From: Squalus acanthias
Lineage: Eukaryota
Assembly (NCBI GenBank): GCA_030390025.1
Contig: CM059432.1
Coordinates: 95,606,001-95,670,000 of the forward strand
Length of the DNA: 64,000 bases
Reading direction: 5' to 3'
Within the stretch, counting starts at the first letter, position 1. Each line of letters opens with the position of its first letter. The translations under genes and the position numbers were made by a program. Positions 24,581 to 37,351 of this stretch are shown piece by piece. A model generated the notes under the pieces. That model did not search any database. It was given only the letters and a program-made list of their open reading frames with translations, and was not told the DNA's origin.

Positions 24581-26734
24581 GGGACAATTGATGCAGAAAC
24601 TGGATCTTAGTTGTTTAAAGTACTTGGTGTACTTGTATTTCCCAGCTATATTAAAGTCTTGCAGCACGGACAGCTAGAGAGGGTGAGCTGAGGCTGCTGA
24701 AGAAACTGAGAATGGGAGGGTGTAGGCCAGGGCCACTGAAGCTGGTCAGAAAGTGGACCCAGGTAGTTCATGAATTGCATTGAGTGGCCGGGGTCACCGG
24801 TGGAGCACAATGCAAGAAGTGGGCTATGGTGGCTGCTACAGGATAGAGAGAAGGAAGGCGCTGGCTGGGGCTGTAACTACAACACAGAAAACAGAATGAA
24901 CAGGCTGGAACTGATGCAGCACAGAGAGTGGGTGGACGTGGGCTGTGGCTCAAGAGCATGGAGACCATTAGAAAAGTGCATTCATTTCCGTGTGCACCTA
25001 GGTGTTCTCATCTGATTTCCCCACATGCGCACTTCAACTGGGCTCCCTGAATAGCGATCAGAAGTGGGAACCTTGGTTCGTTCTTTTCTCCCTCATTTGG
25101 TTGGTATTTTTTTCTCCCTCCCTAATTCAAGGCTGCTAAGGTCAGTTACACTGCCCCCAACTGCTGCCTCACTTGAGATTAGCTAGCTCAGCACAGCTTG
25201 GGAATTGTACTTCAAACCTCTATATGGTGTAATACTACACTGGCTGTGCCTTCACCCCCAGGCCATTGAGAGAGCTAAGTTTGCATCTCTGTGGAACACA
25301 TGGTGATAATTATCCAGTTATATTTGGTTTGTATCATCATGTAGATAAATACTCATTTGCCTTTCAATTATACTTGGACTGATTTGCCCAATAGGAAAGA
25401 GGATTATATAATCAATGTACAGATTGTCTTTTCTCTTTTTTTAAAAAAAAAAGCTAGCATGTAATGTATAAACCTACAGCTACAGACTAATGTGATGACT
25501 GTAAAAGCCCTTTCTCCATACAATGATCACTGATGTCATTCACATTGTGTAATAGACTTAGGACCACAAAAGATGTGCATCTCTAGCGATCGTATTTCCT
25601 CAGCACTCCTCATGCAATGAGTTGAACAGCTGCAGTAGATTGAATAGTGTGGAGTAACATAATCCTTACCATTTTACTGATATGTGACAACTTCAGTAGC
25701 TTGGTGGTGCAGATATGATTTATTGACCATCTCGGCACCATTATGCAAAACAGTGTCAGAACCTGCTCCTCACATTTAAAAAAAACATTTCAATGCTGTT
25801 TTTCTAGCAAATTTTACAGAAAAATATTTCTTTGAAGGAATAGTTTTGAGCTAAACTGCCGATTAGAAATAATCTGAGCCCTAGCTTTCTCTCCTTACCT
25901 CATCCCCTTCAAACAAGTAAGGTTTGCACTTACTACTTTGTAGTTGCTAGAAGAATTATCTCCTATTAGCTTAAGAATTTACTGTTTTTTGATTAGTGGT
26001 AATCGTTTGGGAATTTCTAGTCAAAATTATCCTTTTTGGAGTTGCTGTGCTGTAGTGAAAGCCTGAATGCAATTGCTATCTGATGATCACTTCTTTTAAC
26101 TTCTAATTAACAGTTGATAAAATTACCATGTTTCTGTCATAATTGTTAGTCATTCAGAGAGGATGTCATTGTATATTAGTTATTGGATTGCCCTGACCAT
26201 GGATGCCTTCTATATATCTGCCAATAAAAGCACTGGATTGACTCTCCATTCATCAAAATGGGACAAAAATTCCTATGCAGAAAATTGTAAACAGTTAAAT
26301 CCTTAAAAAGCATCCAATCACATTGCCAAAAACATTTTGGCGTCCATTTTTGTTATTCAGCTAATTACATACTCCTTTAAAAAAAAAAATTATAACATAA
26401 CATAAACACACACAAAATCATCATCTTGCACATCAAATTATCTTCAATTCACTTCAGCAACTCTTGTACACACTCCATTGGACATGATAAACATTTCCCA
26501 TCCTAACCCTCCGCCATTCTACTGCAGGTAACGCCAATAACGTTTTAAACGCAAGTCCTGACCAAGCCTCTGGAATTGTGCCAAATGACTGGGTCACAAT
26601 TTTCAGAAGCCACTGCATGGCGCCCCTCCTCATTGGAGTGTCTATGCTTCATTATTTTAAGAAATTGACTTTGACCACACTGAGTGCACATGGATGCTAC
26701 TCTCTCTGTGATCACAATGTTTCCTGCCCTGCTG

Positions 26735-27115
26735 ATATGCGGAGCCTATTTTTAGCACACCAGTGCAGTACTGAGGGAGTGCTGCAGTGTTGGGGATGCC
26801 GTCTTTCGGATAAGATATTAAACCGAGGCCCCGTCTACTCTCTCGGATGGACATAAAAGATCCCACACTATTTCGAAGAAAAGCAGGGGAGTTATCCCCG
26901 GTGTCCTGGCCAATATTTATTCCTCAATCAACATCACTAAAACAGATCATCATATTGCTATTTGTGGGAGATTGCTGTGCACAAATTGGCTGCCGCATTT
27001 CCTACAATACTACAGTAACTACACTTCAAAAAAAAAAGTACTTCATTGGCTGTAAAGCGCTTTGGGACATCCGGTGGTCGTGAAAGGCCCTATATAAATG
27101 CAAGACTTTTTTTCT
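26735..27115 (+). mobile_element. DeuSINE (SacSINE1-like), 5'-truncated
   Basis: CCAGTGCAGTACTGAGGGAGTGCTGCA...AAACCGAGGCCCCG...GTGAAAGGCCCTATATAAATGCAAG; collinear with 37352-37820. Confidence 0.8.
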
Positions 27116-27949
27116 TTTCAAAAACGCTGCAGATATTGGGGCTTCCAAAGTCCCATCCCCTCCCTAGACACAACAGTCCAAAAGCACCATTGCTTCATGT
27201 TGTAACCCCCTCCCTGGGCTTTTCCCTTGCTATGTACAAAAGGAAGTGAGAAAAAGAAGTGCAGTAACAAAAATGTTTTCACTTTCTAATTTGCTGCAAG
27301 ATTGCCATTTTATCAGAACTTGTTTCGCTGGGAAGAAATACTTTTGTGCTGACTGTCGTGACCTCAATTGCTAAATGGAAGAAATTTGGAAACTAAAGCA
27401 TCTACTGTGGTCACAGATTTATAATGTTGCTATTTCTCTCTCAACTTTTTTGGAGTAAAGAATTATTTTAGTACATATGTTATCTGATATCATTGTACTC
27501 CAAAAGCACTGTAGCATATCTCCTTTTATAGACCTTGTAAAATGATCTATACATTTACCAAGGTATCAGTACCTTTTTTATATGGCTTCATTTATAAAAA
27601 GCATCTCGTGTCAATCTTTGCACTACATCCTGTCTTGTAAATGGAAAAGGCATCAAACTGTGACGTTGAACAATTCAGTCTTCCCATGTTTTTTAAGTAG
27701 CAAGTTTAATAAAAGAAATAGCCGATGTAGGTGATTGAATTAGACTACTTGAACATGGAATCCCTCTGTTGACTGGGAAAGGGTCTTGTGGCCAGTGCAC
27801 CTCTCTGCCAATTTACGTACGCATGAACATCGAGCACCCGCTCATTCCCTCTTCCTCAAAAGCCTCACCTCTTAGCAGACATGCACACAATGTCTCCATT
27901 CCCAGCAGCTTGACTGGGTCCTGGTCCCCTCTTCTCTGCTGCATTGTAC

Positions 27950-28460
27950 TTTCACAGCTCTGACTCTTTCCTCTCAGCAGTTCAGGTGTGCCTAGCGCCT
28001 ATCTCAGACCCTATTCCAGCCCCCCCTAGTGCTTCCAAACTACATCGTTTGTGCTCTCAAACCCAACTCTTTTCTCCCCCCGCCCCCCCAAGAGTAATCC
28101 CAATTCCACATACCAGCCCTCTTTCTCCTCCACCCCTCCACCCCCCGGCCAAACATATGCCTCTAGATACCAGCCCTCCGAAGTGCTCACATGCCCAACA
28201 TCCCATCCTCTCTACCAGATCTCCCAACCCTTTGAGTGACTTTAAGCTCCAGACTGTGGCTCTCCCAGACCCCATCCTCCATGAGTAATCCCAGGCCATA
28301 GCCTGCTGCCGCACCCCCCTCCCCCACCCCCCCCCCCCCCCCCCCCCCCCTGCCAATCTGCCCTAACTTCCTCCTAGGCATTGGTTCTCCACATTTCTTC
28401 CCAGGACCTAGAACCTAGCCCCCCGCCCCCCCCCCTCCTCCCAACACCCCAAAACCCTTG
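27950..28460 (+). repeat. C-rich low-complexity tract with a C24 run (28327-28350)
   Basis: Visible poly-C and repeated CCC runs. Confidence 0.8.
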
Positions 28461-28924
28461 TAGCCAGCTTTGCTAGAATGCAGATGATGAGAAATGTGTT
28501 GTATGATGTATTTCTCTCATTTGTGTGTTATTATAATACAGTCAATGATATGCGACTGCCCCCACTGTAAACACAAATTTAAATGGCAGAAAAGCATCAG
28601 GGACAATGTCCCCGTAAGCTGCACTGCCTCCTGCATGGCCTATTCAAATTTCTGCGCATGCGTGGTATTTACAATGTAAAAGCTGGTGAGCGGCCTGTGT
28701 GGGACCTCTCGCCTTAGTAGCAACTCTGGTCAGGGACCCAGCATAACTGGGTTCGCTCCACCCACCCAAGAATACAGCATTTTCATACCGGGGATACGGT
28801 AGCATAGTGGTTATGTTACTAGAGTAGTAATCTAGAGGCCTGGACTGGTGAGCCGGAGACATGAGTTCAAATTTCACCACAGCAGTTAGGGAATTTAAAA
28901 TCAGTTAATTAAATAAATCTGGAA

Positions 28925-29351
28925 TAGAAACATAGAAACATAGAATCTAGGAGCAGGAGTAGGCCATTCGGCCCGTCGAGCCTGCTCCACCATTCAATAC
29001 GATCATGGCTGATCATTCAAATCCAGTACCCTGTCCCTGCTTTAATCCCCACAGTACACATATCCCACCCTGCCCCCGTAACCCCACGTATTTAATTCCC
29101 CCTAACACATCCCATCCTATCCCCATAACCCCCATATTTAATCCCCCCCTAACACTAAGGGTCAATTTATCATAGCCAAATCAACCTAACCCGCATATTT
29201 TTGGACTGTGGGAGGAAACCGGAGCACCCGGAGGAAACCCACGCAGACACGGGGAGAATGTGCAAACTCCACACAGACAGTCACCCGAGGTCAGATTCGA
29301 ACCCGGGTCCCTGGCGCTGTGAGGCACCAGTGCTAACCACTATGCCACCGC
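28925..29351 (-). mobile_element. HE1-like V-SINE with CR1-derived 3' tail
   Basis: Minus strand reads a tRNA head (GTGGCATAGTGGTTAGCAC...GGGTTCGAATCT), a V-domain (GTGTGGAGTTTGCACATTCTCCCCGTGTCTGCGTGGGTTTCCTCCGGGTGCTCCGGTTTCCTCCCACA) and a tail matching the CR1 3' end at 7357-7470. Confidence 0.88.
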
Positions 29352-29703
29352 TAAATAAAAAGCTAATGGTGACCACAAAACTACCAGATTGTTGTAAAAA
29401 CCCATCTGGTTCACTAATGGGAAGGAAATCTGCTGTCCTTACCCTGCCTGGCCTATGTGTGACTCCACAGCAATGTGGTTGGCTCTTAACTGCCCTCTGA
29501 AATGGCCTAGCAAGCCGGTGGGACAGGACAGACGTACCAGAGGTGGCAGCACAGTGTTGGGAGGGAGTGGCCTTGGCACAATAGTATAGAGTTGGGAGGG
29601 AGTGGCTTTGGGACTCCTCAACATTGCCTCAGGACCCCATGAAGTCTCATGGCATCAGATCAAACATGGGCAAGCAAACCTCCTGCTGATTACCAGCTAT
29701 TGC

Positions 29704-29800
29704 CAGTGTTTCTTGTAAGGCGCTGCTCCAGGGAACCCGTAATGTAAAAACTGCGCATGCATGGCCCCTTAAATGCCAAAAAAAATTACAGGGAACATCG
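29704..29800. mobile_element. Small hAT-type MITE (family copy 2)
   Basis: CAGTGTTTCTT...AGGGAACATCG ends; degenerate 8-bp TSD GCTATTGC / CCTACTGC. Confidence 0.6.
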
Positions 29801-30518
29801 CCTACTGCCCACTGAATCAGTAGTCGTCCCTGTTGAACACCACTTGGTAGAAGTAGCAAGGGCACAGAATGTACTCTGGGTGGAGGGCTTCAATGTCCAT
29901 CACCAAGAGTGGCTCGGTAGCACCACTACTGACTAAGCTGGCTGAATTCTGAAGGACATAGCTGCCAGACTGGGCCTGCGGCAGGTGATGGGAGACCCAA
30001 TACGAGGGAAAAACCTACTTGACCTTGTCCTCGTCAATCTACCTGTTGTATCCACGGCGTTGTTCGGCACTACCACAGTGCTAAACGGGACAGATTCAGA
30101 ACAGATCTAGCAGCTCAAAACTGGGCATCTATGCGGCGCTGTGGGCCTTCAGCAGCAGCAGCAGCAGAATTGTATTCCACCACAATCTGTAACCTCATGG
30201 CCTGGCATACCCCTCACTCTACCACTACCATCAAGCCAGGGGACCAACTCTGGTTCAATGAGGAGCGTAGAAGAGCATGCCAAGAGTAGCACCAGGCATA
30301 CCTAAAAATGAGGTGCCAACCTGGTGAAGTTGCAACACAGGGCTACATGCAAGCTAACAGCAGAGGCAGCATGCTATAGACAGAGCTCAGCGATCCCACA
30401 ACCAATGGACCAGGTCCAAGCTCTGTAGACCTGCCACATCTAGTTGCGAATGGTGGTGGACAATTAAACAACTAACGGAAGGAGGAGGATCTATAAGCAT
30501 CCCCATCCTCAATGATGA

Positions 30519-30713
30519 TGTGGAGATGCCGGTGTTGGACTGGGGTGGACAAATGTGAGAAGTCGCACGACACCAGGTTATAGTCCAACAGCTTTATTTG
30601 AAATCACAAGCTTTCGGAGCGCTGCTCCTTCGTCAGGTGACGAAGGAGCAGCGCTCCGAAAGCTTGTGATTTCAAATAAAGCTGTTGGATTATAACCTGG
30701 TGTTGTGCGAATT
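30519..30713. mobile_element. Penelope-derived inverted terminal-repeat module
   Basis: 79-bp inverted arms (30557-30635 / 30638-30716, 3 mismatches), flanked by the direct repeat CTCAATGATGA (30508-30518, 30714-30724). Matches the end of the GIY-YIG-bearing element at 61130-61725. Confidence 0.85.
30604..30640 (-). ncRNA. Minimal type I hammerhead ribozyme motif
   Basis: UCAC-CUGACGA-A-GGAGC-AGC-GCUCC-GAAA-GC-UU-GUGA. It has the conserved CUGANGA/GAAA/UH core, a 4-bp stem I, a 5-bp stem II and a palindromic AGCU mini stem III. Confidence 0.78.
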
Positions 30714-31449
30714 CTCAATGATGACTGACATTGTTTCATGTTGGAGCTTTCAGAGTGGTAAGATGTGGATTTGCACCTGTGATTGTCCCACATAGTTACT
30801 GTATTGAAAGATATGGGAGTAGAGACTGATTACTTTCTGACAGAGGATTGTTCAAGACCTGTAGTGTTGTGTACTTTCAGCCTGCCCTCTTAAGGATTAG
30901 GTACATGCAGAAGGTAGACTTCAGCAAGGGAAAAATGATGAGAAATAACATATTTACAATTTTTTTCAGCTAAACAAAGACAGTCAATGGAAATCTCTAT
31001 GATGTAATAATGGCATAGCAATATTTTATTGTTGTAAAATTTTTTAACCATTTTGTTCCAATTGTATGGGGTAGGTTCTGGATTTGTGACGGAGGTGAAA
31101 TCTTCATTGCAATTTATATTTGGCGAACTCCAACTCAACTCAACTCAACCATTCAGTATTTTCAAATAAAGGAGAGCTGGGCAAGGGGAGATCAGTGGGG
31201 AATGGGCGAGTGACTGGGAGGATGCATGATGGACATCCTTTCCTTCTGAGAGTTTTAGGAAATACAGAATGCTGAATTCATTTTCCAATTTTCTTATTTG
31301 AAGGAGACACTGAGGGTAGCACAGTGAGTTAGAACACTGCATCCTATAAATTAATGTTGGTGATATTCGTAGATGAAGACTTAACCTGCTTGTATGACAA
31401 TTATCTGACAACTGTTTTAATGGCAGGAAGACCATTTTAAAACAAAATT

Positions 31450-31915
31450 AGAATTTACAGCTCAAACAGGCCATTTGGCCCAATAGGTCTATGTTGGTGT
31501 TTATGCTCCACGCACCTTACTTGCTCTCACCCCATCAACATATCCTTCTATTCCTTTCTCCCTTGTGTGTTTATCTAGCTTCCCCTTAAATACATCTATG
31601 CTGTACGCCTCAACTAATCCATGTGATAGCATGTTCCACATGCTAACCACTGAGTAAAGAAGTTTCTCCAGAATTTCTTATGGAATTCATTGGTGACTAT
31701 CTTGTATTAATGACCCCTAGTTTTGGACTTACCCCCCACAAGTGGAAACATCTTCTCTACATCTACCCTATTGAACACCTTCATAATTTTAAAGACCTCT
31801 ATCAGGTCACCTCAGCCTTTTCTTTTCTAGAGAAAAGAACCCCAACCTGTTCAATCTTTCCTGATCGTTCTAACCTCTCAGTTCTAGTAAAATTTTTAGC
31901 ACCGTCTCCAGTGTG
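31450..31915 (-). mobile_element. Old CR1 3' fragment
   Basis: Reverse-complement similarity to CR1 3' ends elsewhere in the window. Confidence 0.65.
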
Positions 31916-32714
31916 TTAAAATAGCAGACTAAGAATTGTCATATGAACCTGTTATTTGTCTTTTAATATGAACAACAGTAATTTTCTTTCGCTTTTATTT
32001 TCACCTCTAAGATTCAAAACTGTTTAAATCTTGCTCATGTGGAAGCAAAGTGGAAGAAAAATGAGTTTGAGCAGTTTGAATGCGTTTTCTATTGGCCACA
32101 AGAAACAAATAAATGATAGAAATGTGACTCTGTTGTAAAGATTCCAGCAGATCTAGTTCCTGTCATTTTCTCTGCACCTTTTAAGCTGGTAAGGGATGGG
32201 CCTGGCTTGAAGTAATTAAGTAATAGAGAAAGCCTATCACCTTTTATGTTGACCTGTACAGGTCAAGATCTGGTGGTTTTGCTGCTTTTAGTTGAGCTTT
32301 ACGAGGATCTGGGTTAACTACCAACTTCACAGACTTTAATGCTGTGGAAATGATTTGTTAAACACCAAAGACAGCTGCACCAATCTCCATTACAACTATT
32401 TTGTTATTTAACCTTACTTATTGTTTTTTAAACTCCTGTTGGCTTCCACCAGATGTAGTTGCATGAACAATTTAACTTGTTCCATCCCTACATGTTCAAT
32501 TTTGCTCAATGCCACTTCCTTTTATTTCTAAAGATTTAATTTCCTGTGAGTAGTACAGTTAACTAGTATCTGTATTTAAAAAAAAAAATAATAATAAATC
32601 CCTGACCAACCCTAACGAGATCCCTTTTTTTCACAACTTCCACAGTGGTGATCTTTTATATCTGTATTTTGCAGCTGTAAGTATGTACTCCACTTTAGTG
32701 AAAGCACTGTTAAT

Positions 32715-33466
32715 GGCCCGGATATTCCGATCCCTACGGGTGTGTAAGGGCTGTGTATCCCATCCGTAGGGACATCGGAAATGCCGGTTTCAGGCATGCA
32801 CAGCGCATGCGCTGAAAACCGGCATTTCCGATCTGTCAAGAATGCTCTTGACAGATCGGACGCCTGCCCGAGAGAAGGGCCTCTGCGGGCGGATAGTTCC
32901 ACTTTCTGGAGCCCCTCCACCCGCAGAAAACCTTTAGAATTCTTAAAGGCATAAGGCCTGCTTTTACCAGGATAAGAGTTGAAAAAAGTGGAAAAAAAAC
33001 ATTTCAGTCATTTATCATTTAAAAATACTTTTAAAAAAAGGTAAGCTTATTTTTAGCCCTGTTTTAAAAAAAAAACCATTAATTTTTTCAAAAAATTAAA
33101 TTCTTGTTTAAAATATTTAATTTATTGTAATTTCAACTAATTTTAAAAATGTGATGGTTTTTTAAAAATGTATTTAATGTTTTGAAGTGTTTTTGGGGTG
33201 ATCTCCATTCATATATTTGACAGGTCTATCTGTCAAGTGTATGAAGGGAGATTCCCTTCTTTGATTGGCTCCCCATGGCCCATGTGATCCCAGGGACGCT
33301 TGCGAACCACATGCGCCCCTGGGATACGTAGGCCCTGCACACTTGGAGTTCGAGAGGCCCAACATCGGAACTATACGCACCTCAGGAGCCCTCCGGTAAG
33401 TGTGTAGATTTTTTCCAGATCGGAGGCTTCTGCACGCGGGAAGCCTCCGATCGGAATATACGGCCC
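32715..33466. mobile_element. Harbinger-type MITE
   Basis: TIR GGCCCGGATATTCCGATC / GATCGGAATATACGGCCC; flanks AAT/ATT; AT-rich core; internal subterminal hairpins. Confidence 0.75.
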
Positions 33467-34679
33467 ATTATCTTTCCGTGTTTAGGATTGAGTGTGTATG
33501 AATGCACTTTTCCCACTGAATGTGTGACTCACTCTCTTAGTTTAGAGATACTGCTGGGGATAAAGTCATGTTTCCAGTGTGCAACATGTAACAATTTGTG
33601 CTCAGTACACTAGTCTGCGCTGAATTGCATTGTCATAAAAGGATCAAATTTACGCTGGGCCCTCAGACAACCTCAGGAGCGGGAACTATTGCTAAGGGAG
33701 TCTGTCCCCAGACAGACATTTTTTTTGTAAGGGGTAAAGGTGGTTCCACTCCTTATAAGACGGCCAGGAAACAGTGTGATCTGACGCAACTGGCGGGAGG
33801 CCAGCAGAACTAAAGAATTTCAGCTTCATTTATTTAATTTAATATTCGGTCTTGAATCCCAGGAAAAATAGGGACAAAAAAGTGAGAACAAATCAGCAGT
33901 AGTGCTGTTAGTGAGACTGTAGTCACTCCAATTTCACAGTTATGGAATTCATTTAGACGTTCTGACTATAGGGGTTATGGCTATTCCCAAATAAGTTTTG
34001 AATTTTTGGGAATTGTATGATTACTGAAAAGATGTTGGTCTCTTTCTGGTTAAATCTGTAAAGTGGCTCACTTCTACCTGGGCAAGAACTGACGGAATTG
34101 AGGAGAGTAAGCTTGGGTGCAGGATAACCTTGAGATTGAAACTCTGTGCCTTCGGGTTTCGAGTTGACCTGCTTGTGATGCTGAACCGTTCAATTATAGT
34201 TTTGAAAATAAGCATTTTGATTGTGGAAAGTACCTATGAAATACAGCAGTAGTTTGGATAGTTTCCAAATTGTTAAGTTCATCAAGAATTAAAGAAACAT
34301 TAGTGAACACCTTGAGTTTATCACATAATACCCAATTTTGAAACAAAGGGCTGGTTTTAGTGTAAAGCTAAGATAGTTGATTTTACAATAAGTTGCTAGG
34401 ATCATGCATACGGGAAAGGGTTTCAGTAAATTGACACTTTTTTGTAATAGCTCCCTGAAAATGCTATACTAATGACAAAAAAAACCAACTAATGGACATG
34501 TTTAAACAAACCCTATGCTCCATTAACATTTTTGCATGATACCAGAGAGGGATGGGTTATGCTGTGAATTTCTGTTATGAATTCTTGTACGGAAATATTT
34601 AGACTTGCATGTAACTGCTGCACAAGCAAGCCTGTGCTTGCACCATCTTACAAAGCTTCAGTTGTGTTTTTTTTTAAAA

Positions 34680-35179
34680 GACATGGTTAAAATACGTTGT
34701 TATTTTGAAAATTTTGAAAAGTTAAAAAAATTAAAAATTTTCATTCATTTATAATTTTAAAATACTTTTTAGCCCCGTAAAAAACTTTAATTATCTTTTT
34801 CAAAAAATTAAATTTTTGTTTAAAATATTTAATTTAATGTAATTTTAACTAATTTTAAATACGTGATTTAAAAAAAATGTATTTAATGTTTAACTTTAAG
34901 TGATCCCCATTCATACTTTTGACAGGTTTCTATACGCAGAACCTATCAAAAGTGTGAAAGGGGATTCACTTCTTTGATTGGTACCCCATAGCCCACGTGA
35001 TTCCAAGGGCGCTTGCGACCCGCATGCGCCCCTGGGATACCTGGGCCTCTGTGCATTTCGTAGTGGAGAGGCCCAGGATCGCAAGTCTCGGGACCTACAG
35101 AGCCAGCAGGGAAGTGCGTAGATTTTTTCTGATTGGAGGCATCCACACGCAGGAAGCCTCCGATCGGAAATTCAGGGCC
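34680..35179. mobile_element. Partial second copy of the 32715-33466 MITE
   Basis: Collinear with ~32960-33466 (AAAAATTAAATT..GTTTAAAATATTTAATTTA; GAAGCCTCCGATCGGAA..GGCC end, followed by AAT). Confidence 0.75.
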
Positions 35180-35315
35180 AATGAGCTTATAAGACTAATG
35201 AGCTCAAAGCATGGGATGTCTTTGACCTGGTGAAGCAAGGGACAATGTATAGTTGATGCTGGAAATGATTGTTTGAATCTTGTAATTTTTGCACAATGAT
35301 CATTATATCATAGTC

Positions 35316-35832
35316 ATACAGAAGGACGCCATTCAGCCCATTGTGCCTGTGCCGGCTCTTTGAAAGAGCTATCCAATTAATCACACTCCCCTGCTCTTTC
35401 CCCATAGCCCTGCAAATCTTTCCTTTTCAAGTATATATCCAATTCCCTTTTGAACGTTTACTATTGAATTTGCTTCCACCACCCTTTCAGCCAGTGCATT
35501 CCAGAGCATCGTAACTTGCTGCATGAAAACAAATTCTCCTCCTGTTCCCTCTGGTTCTTGTATCTGTACCCTCTGGATACTGACCCCCTGCCAGTGGGTC
35601 AGTAACCAGAGTTTCTCCATATTTACTCTTATCAAACCCTTCATAATTTTGAGCACTTCTGTTGAATCTTCCTTTAACCTTCTCGGCTCTGAGAAGAACA
35701 GTCCCAGCTTCTCTAATCTTTCGACATAACTGAAGTCCCTCATCTCTGGTACCATTCCAGTAAATCTCCTTTGCACACCTCTAACACCTTGACATCCTCC
35801 CTAAAGTGTGATGCCCAGAATTGGACAGAATA
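35316..35832 (-). mobile_element. CR1 3' fragment
   Basis: QRRFTGMVPEMRDFSYVERLEKLGLF and LWNAL motifs. Confidence 0.85.
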
Positions 35833-36324
35833 CTTATTTTGTTTCCCTTTTTGATTTAAAAAAAATAAATCATTAAATGTCTATTTGTTGATTCAGTGTT
35901 CATCTACTTCTATCAATAAATTTGTTAAAATTATAGGGGCTGAAATTCCTTGAGGGTTCTGCCATAACTCTAGTGGGAGACCAGCAGAATCCCCAGGAAA
36001 ATGGCGTCTGTCCAGTTCTGTCACGTTTCTGTTGTTTCCAGCAGCTTCTTGCCTGCCTCGTGTAAGGGAAATGCCCTTGGAATTGCCTTGAATGTTGTCC
36101 TCAAAATGGAGTCAGTAGCTACACGGAATGCTGGGATACCAAAATGTAATTAAAACCATGAGATTTGTGTGGAAGAAAGCATTCTTGCAGAAATTGGAGT
36201 AGCATAAGCTACAAAGGCCATAGGCCTAGAGAAAGCTCATCAAGTGATATAAGTGTGCCATTGCTTATCAGACTGGAGATTGACTCCCTGGCCGCCGCCT
36301 CTTGTGGTAAAAATGAAGAAATAA

Positions 36325-36535
36325 CGTGCATTTACATTGCGTGTTTCACAAGCTCGGGATCTTTCAAACAGCTTCACAGCCAATGAAGTACTTTTGAAGT
36401 GCAGTCACTGTCGTAATATGGGGAAATGTGGCAGCCAATTTATGCGCAGCAAGTTCCCCCAAACAGCAATGAAATAAATGACTAAACAATCTGGTTTATT
36501 GGTGTTGGTTGAGGGATAAATATTGGCTGGGACAA
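36325..36535 (-). mobile_element. DeuSINE 3' fragment
   Basis: Reverse complement of the 3' half of 37352-37820. Confidence 0.65.
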
Positions 36536-36649
36536 CATGTGGCTATCATCCTTCCTAACAAGATTTTTCTTTTAATTAAGGAGAATCTCTCTCTCTCATC
36601 TGATGGGGTCTGTGCAAGGCTGCATTCTTAGAGTATTTATACACTTCTC

Positions 36650-36820
36650 TTCGCCGCAGTGCCCCCTCAGCTGAATTCTGAATGCTGAATGTTGGGGCCC
36701 AATACGCAGCCCCTGTAGCTAGCGTTCTTGCAGTACAAATGGCGGAAAACACGACATGAGGCTGTGTTTCCTTAATTTACAGTTTGTTATAGTGTGCCCG
36801 CCCACATATGGGTAGGTGCA
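36650..36820 (+). promoter_or_regulatory. Candidate RBBP8 promoter / non-coding first exon region
   Basis: Non-repeat segment with local CpGs, a CTCF-like CAGTGCCCCCTCAGCTG (36657-36673) and AAATGGCGGAAAA (YY1-like overlapping an E2F-like site, 36737-36749), ~3.8 kb upstream of the first coding exon. Motif evidence only. Confidence 0.3.
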
Positions 36821-37351
36821 GTTTTTCATCATCGCTGTCCTGCAGAAAGCAGTGGGGGCACAGCCCAGCACGTCTTCAAGTTGCTTTCCACCTCTCCATT
36901 CGGCTCGAAGGTTTCTAGTTTTTAGTGTTTTTCTATTGGAGGGGTCTTCATTCTTTAAGCTATTTTTCATTTCCACTGAATTTGGTGGTTTATCAATGCT
37001 TTCATTTCATGCCATTGGAAAAATTTTAAATTTAACCAAAATCGAGTGCTGACTAATAGCTCGGTCAGCCTCATACTGTACAGCTTCGGGGAGTAGGCAC
37101 TAAAGCAAGAACAGCCATCAAGTGGAGACTCGAGGATGGGATTTTGAGTCTTACTTTTGAGTTGAGTACCTGACTTTTATTCTGTTGTTCCTTCATGTAT
37201 CAATCAAAAGTTTCTGGCACATCCGAATCAAATGCAACATTTTAGCATTGTATGTGTTAAAACCAGTTCAAAATTTTATTGAACGAGGGTTGTGTTTATC
37301 CATTTAACTTGAAAAGGGGGGACCTGAACCATACCTAGCCTGTATTGGGAG

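Larger units (their letters stand above)
28790..30510 (+). mobile_element. LINE remnant preceded by a tRNA-like 5' head (same family as 7075-10095)
   Basis: Head has A-box-like TAGCATAGTGG and B-box-like GAGTTCAAATTT. From ~29520 there is APE-coding sequence (QDRRTRGGS, GPHEVSWHQ, FNVHHQEWLGS, LDLVLVNL). Interrupted by an HE1 SINE and a hAT MITE. Confidence 0.7.

Noticed and set aside
30557..30716. miRNA precursor or DNA-transposon MITE
   Set aside because: The arms match the terminus of the GIY-YIG-bearing Penelope fragment, and 11-12-bp TSDs do not fit the DNA-transposon families seen here.
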